58,515 nt of DNA, from positions 1 to 58,515 of the IMG/VR virus record IMGVR_UViG_3300049783_001343. One strand, 5' to 3'. The translations under genes were made by a program, and so were the position numbers. This stretch comes from a virus. Its lineage: Duplodnaviria; Caudoviricetes. The notes beneath the pieces were generated by a model. That model had not been told where the DNA came from, searched no databases, and worked only from the letters and a program-made list of their open reading frames with translations. Shown piece by piece: positions 56,976 to 58,515 of the stretch (position 1 is the first letter of the stretch; every line of letters begins with the position of its first letter).

Positions 56976-57274
56976 CACTCCTCCTCGTCTTCAAAATCGA
57001 TCCACACCCATGCCGAGACATACAGACCGGGATCGCGGCCCGCTGACACCATGACCTCGTCGTCAAGTTCAACCACGCCCTCGCGGCGGCCGTTGCTGTG
57101 GCCGTTGCCTTGGTGCTCGTCACGTGCCGCTCGAATGGCGTTGGCGTATATTGTCTGGCTGGCGTCGTGCTCTGCAAGCCACTCGCTTGCTGCACTGATT
57201 GTGTTCATCAGGCTACCGTGGTCGGCTGCATCCGATGCAGTCACGATGTTTCGCAGTGTTGATAAAATGCTCAT
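56975..57274 (-). CDS. Hypothetical protein
   Basis: AGGAG RBS; E.DD...VS......YV.AWVW; 20-bp leader shared with the gene starting at 56821. Confidence 0.7.
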   Translation of the reverse strand: MSILSTLRNIVTASDAADHGSLMNTISAASEWLAEHDASQTIYANAIRAARDEHQGNGHSNGRREGVVELDDEVMVSAGRDPGLYVSAWVWIDFEDEEE

Positions 57275-57293
57275 CTCATTTCTCCTGTTGCTG

Positions 57294-57310
57294 TTATGCG
57301 TGAGGCATAA
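57294..57310. promoter_or_regulatory. 17-bp palindrome copy 10 (TTATGC-GTGAG-GCATAA)
   Basis: Just upstream of the RBS. Confidence 0.8.
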
Positions 57311-57655
57311 TTGCCTACGTCTAATTTCTCACCAGTTCCCTAGCGCCGCGCAGGTTGTCACGCTGCATGGCACGTTCTTTTATTCGCTGCCTGCTTTATA
57401 TGTTCGTTCGGGCACTGCATAGCAGTGGGCCCCGTGCCGGTGTTTCTCGATCTGCATTATATGCAGACCAGTCGGTCATTCGCGCATCATGTTGTTGGCA
57501 TAGATCTACATGCTGTTGCCCCGTGGGACGTGTGGCTTCTTAGGCAAGTCTGGCCGCGCTAAGGCTCATATCACACAACATGCAGTACCAACGGGCGGGA
57601 CGTTATCTTACCCCGATGCGCTTGGTTAGCAGGTCAGTTAGCATTATCGGTGTCG

Positions 57656-57672
57656 TTATGCGGGACGCATAA
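57656..57672. promoter_or_regulatory. 17-bp palindrome copy 11 (TTATGC-GGGAC-GCATAA)
   Basis: About 75 bp downstream of the predicted -10 box. Confidence 0.8.
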
Positions 57673-57747
57673 GTCTCCCTAGCCTTGGTCGTTTGGTCGT
57701 TTCAAAGAGCGTGTCGCACGAGAAAACTTGGCCCGTGATACCCTTTA

Positions 57748-57776
57748 ATACTACGATATAACACGTTATATGTCAA
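57748..57776 (-). promoter_or_regulatory. Sigma70-type early promoter with a palindrome in the spacer
   Basis: TTGACA-17 bp-TAGTAT on -; ATATAAC-AC-GTTATAT at 57756-57771. Confidence 0.7.
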
Positions 57777-57820
57777 TAGGACCTGAGAAGTTATTGTTTG
57801 AGGCTTGGGGGTACTTGGGG

Positions 57821-58033
57821 TTATCTTTTGCCCTTCCCGTAGCCGTAGCCTTGGCCGCTACCGTTGTTCCAATTGCTGTTGTTGCCGATACCCATGCCGC
57901 AGCCGTCACCCATGCCGTTGTTGTTGCCTATACCCATGCCGTTGCTGTAGCCGATACCCATGCCGTAGCCGTTCACGCTACCTCTGCCGTTGCCCCAACC
58001 TTTACCTCTGCCGTTGCCGTTGCCGTTGCTCAT
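57821..58033 (-). CDS. Gly-X repeat mini-protein 16
   Basis: ATGA overlap at 58030-58033; internal GMGIG(Y/N)(S/N)N repeats. Confidence 0.65.
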   Translation of the reverse strand: MSNGNGNGRGKGWGNGRGSVNGYGMGIGYSNGMGIGNNNGMGDGCGMGIGNNSNWNNGSGQGYGYGKGKR

Positions 58034-58248
58034 CCCCATCCCTCTCCATCACCGTAGCCGTTGCCCTTACCGTAGCCGCTGCCTCTACCGTAGCCGTGGC
58101 CGTGGCCGTTGCCGTTGCCGTGGCCTCTGCCTCTGCCGTTGCCCTTACCGTTGCCTCTACCGTAGCCGTTGCCGAAGCCGAAGCCGTAGCCGAAGCCGCT
58201 GCCGTAGCCGTTGCCGTTGCCGTTGCCGTTGCCGGTGCCATTATTCAT
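58030..58248 (-). CDS. Gly-X repeat mini-protein 17
   Basis: ATGA overlap; MNNG start. Confidence 0.7.
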   Translation of the reverse strand: MNNGTGNGNGNGNGYGSGFGYGFGFGNGYGRGNGKGNGRGRGHGNGNGHGHGYGRGSGYGKGNGYGDGEGWG

Positions 58249-58373
58249 CCCGATCCCTTTCCGCCGCCGCTACCGCTGCCCTTACCGTAGCCGTTGCCGT
58301 GGCCGTAGCCGTTGCCGTGGCCGTAGCCTCTACCGTAGCCGTTGCCGACGCCCTTTCCCTTTCCATTATTCAT
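58245..58373 (-). CDS. Gly-X repeat mini-protein 18 (42 aa, MNNGKGKGVG...), not in the ORF track
   Basis: ATGA overlaps at both ends; read manually. Confidence 0.7.
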   Translation of the reverse strand: MNNGKGKGVGNGYGRGYGHGNGYGHGNGYGKGSGSGGGKGSG

Positions 58374-58515
58374 CCTTTGCCCTTTCCGTAGCCTCTACCG
58401 TTGCCGTTGCCGTGGCCGTAGCCTCTACCGTAGCCGTTGCCGTGGCCGTAGCCTCTACCGCTGCCGTTGCCGTGGCCGTAGCCGTTGCCGTGGCCGTAGC
58501 CGTCACCGTAGCCGT
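58370..58515 (-). CDS. Gly-X repeat mini-protein 19 (5'-truncated by the window end)
   Basis: GYGDGYGHGNG...GKGKG-TGA. Confidence 0.65.
   Translation of the reverse strand, partial: GYGDGYGHGNGYGHGNGSGRGYGHGNGYGRGYGHGNGNGRGYGKGKG

Larger units (their letters stand above)
1..58515. mobile_element. Tailed dsDNA bacteriophage genome segment (podovirus-like morphogenesis module; both ends truncated)
   Basis: Terminase-portal-capsid-tail-ejection genes on +, replication and early genes on -, no host housekeeping genes. Confidence 0.97.

Noticed and set aside
40470-57672. Palindrome series as a CRISPR array or integron attC sites
   Set aside because: Spacing is irregular (hundreds to thousands of bp) and the unit is only 17 bp. 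There is no cas operon or integrase in the window and no attC R-box structure.
52619-58391. ORF-track entries reading AVAVAV, PLPLPL, RCRSR, ATATAT or RLRPRP
   Set aside because: These are alternative frames and the antisense strand of the GGCNAC repeat, which lacks stops in most frames. Only the Gly frame has RBSs and stop/start coupling with neighbouring genes.
54520-58515. Diversity-generating retroelement acting on AAC codons
   Set aside because: No reverse transcriptase or TR/VR pair is visible. The second A of NAC is nearly invariant, whereas DGR mutagenesis hits both adenines. It cannot be fully excluded outside the window.
1-58515. tRNA, rRNA, integrase, repressor, att site or tape-measure gene
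   Set aside because: None was recognisable by eye. tRNAscan-SE and HMM searches would be needed to exclude them formally.

Overview
The whole window is one tailed dsDNA phage genome segment, truncated at both ends. It looks podovirus-like: P22-type portal, tube/nozzle and ejection proteins, and no tape measure, integrase or RNA polymerase seen. The host is probably a Rhodobacteraceae-type alphaproteobacterium (inference). Two arms converge on a terminator at about 34.0 kb. The + strand arm (1-33987) carries terminase, portal, GroES, capsid, a lysis cassette, tail fibres and ejection proteins. The - strand arm carries primase-helicase, SSB, SNF2 helicase, Cas4-like nuclease, a B-family DNA polymerase and many small early genes. 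The most unusual part is 44.5-58.5 kb. At least 19 short (39-96 aa) alternating Gly-X mini-ORFs lie there, mostly with their own RBS or translationally coupled, built on a GGC-NAC hexamer. They are interleaved with an AAA+ ATPase, a metallopeptidase-vWA protein, a DUF3150-like protein and a DUF6948-like protein. The same arm has 11 copies of a 17-bp palindrome, TTATGC-N5-GCATAA, usually just after a stop codon and before the next RBS. At five sites the palindrome overlaps an alternative, covarying RNA hairpin. All family assignments come from motif reading and recall, not from database searches.
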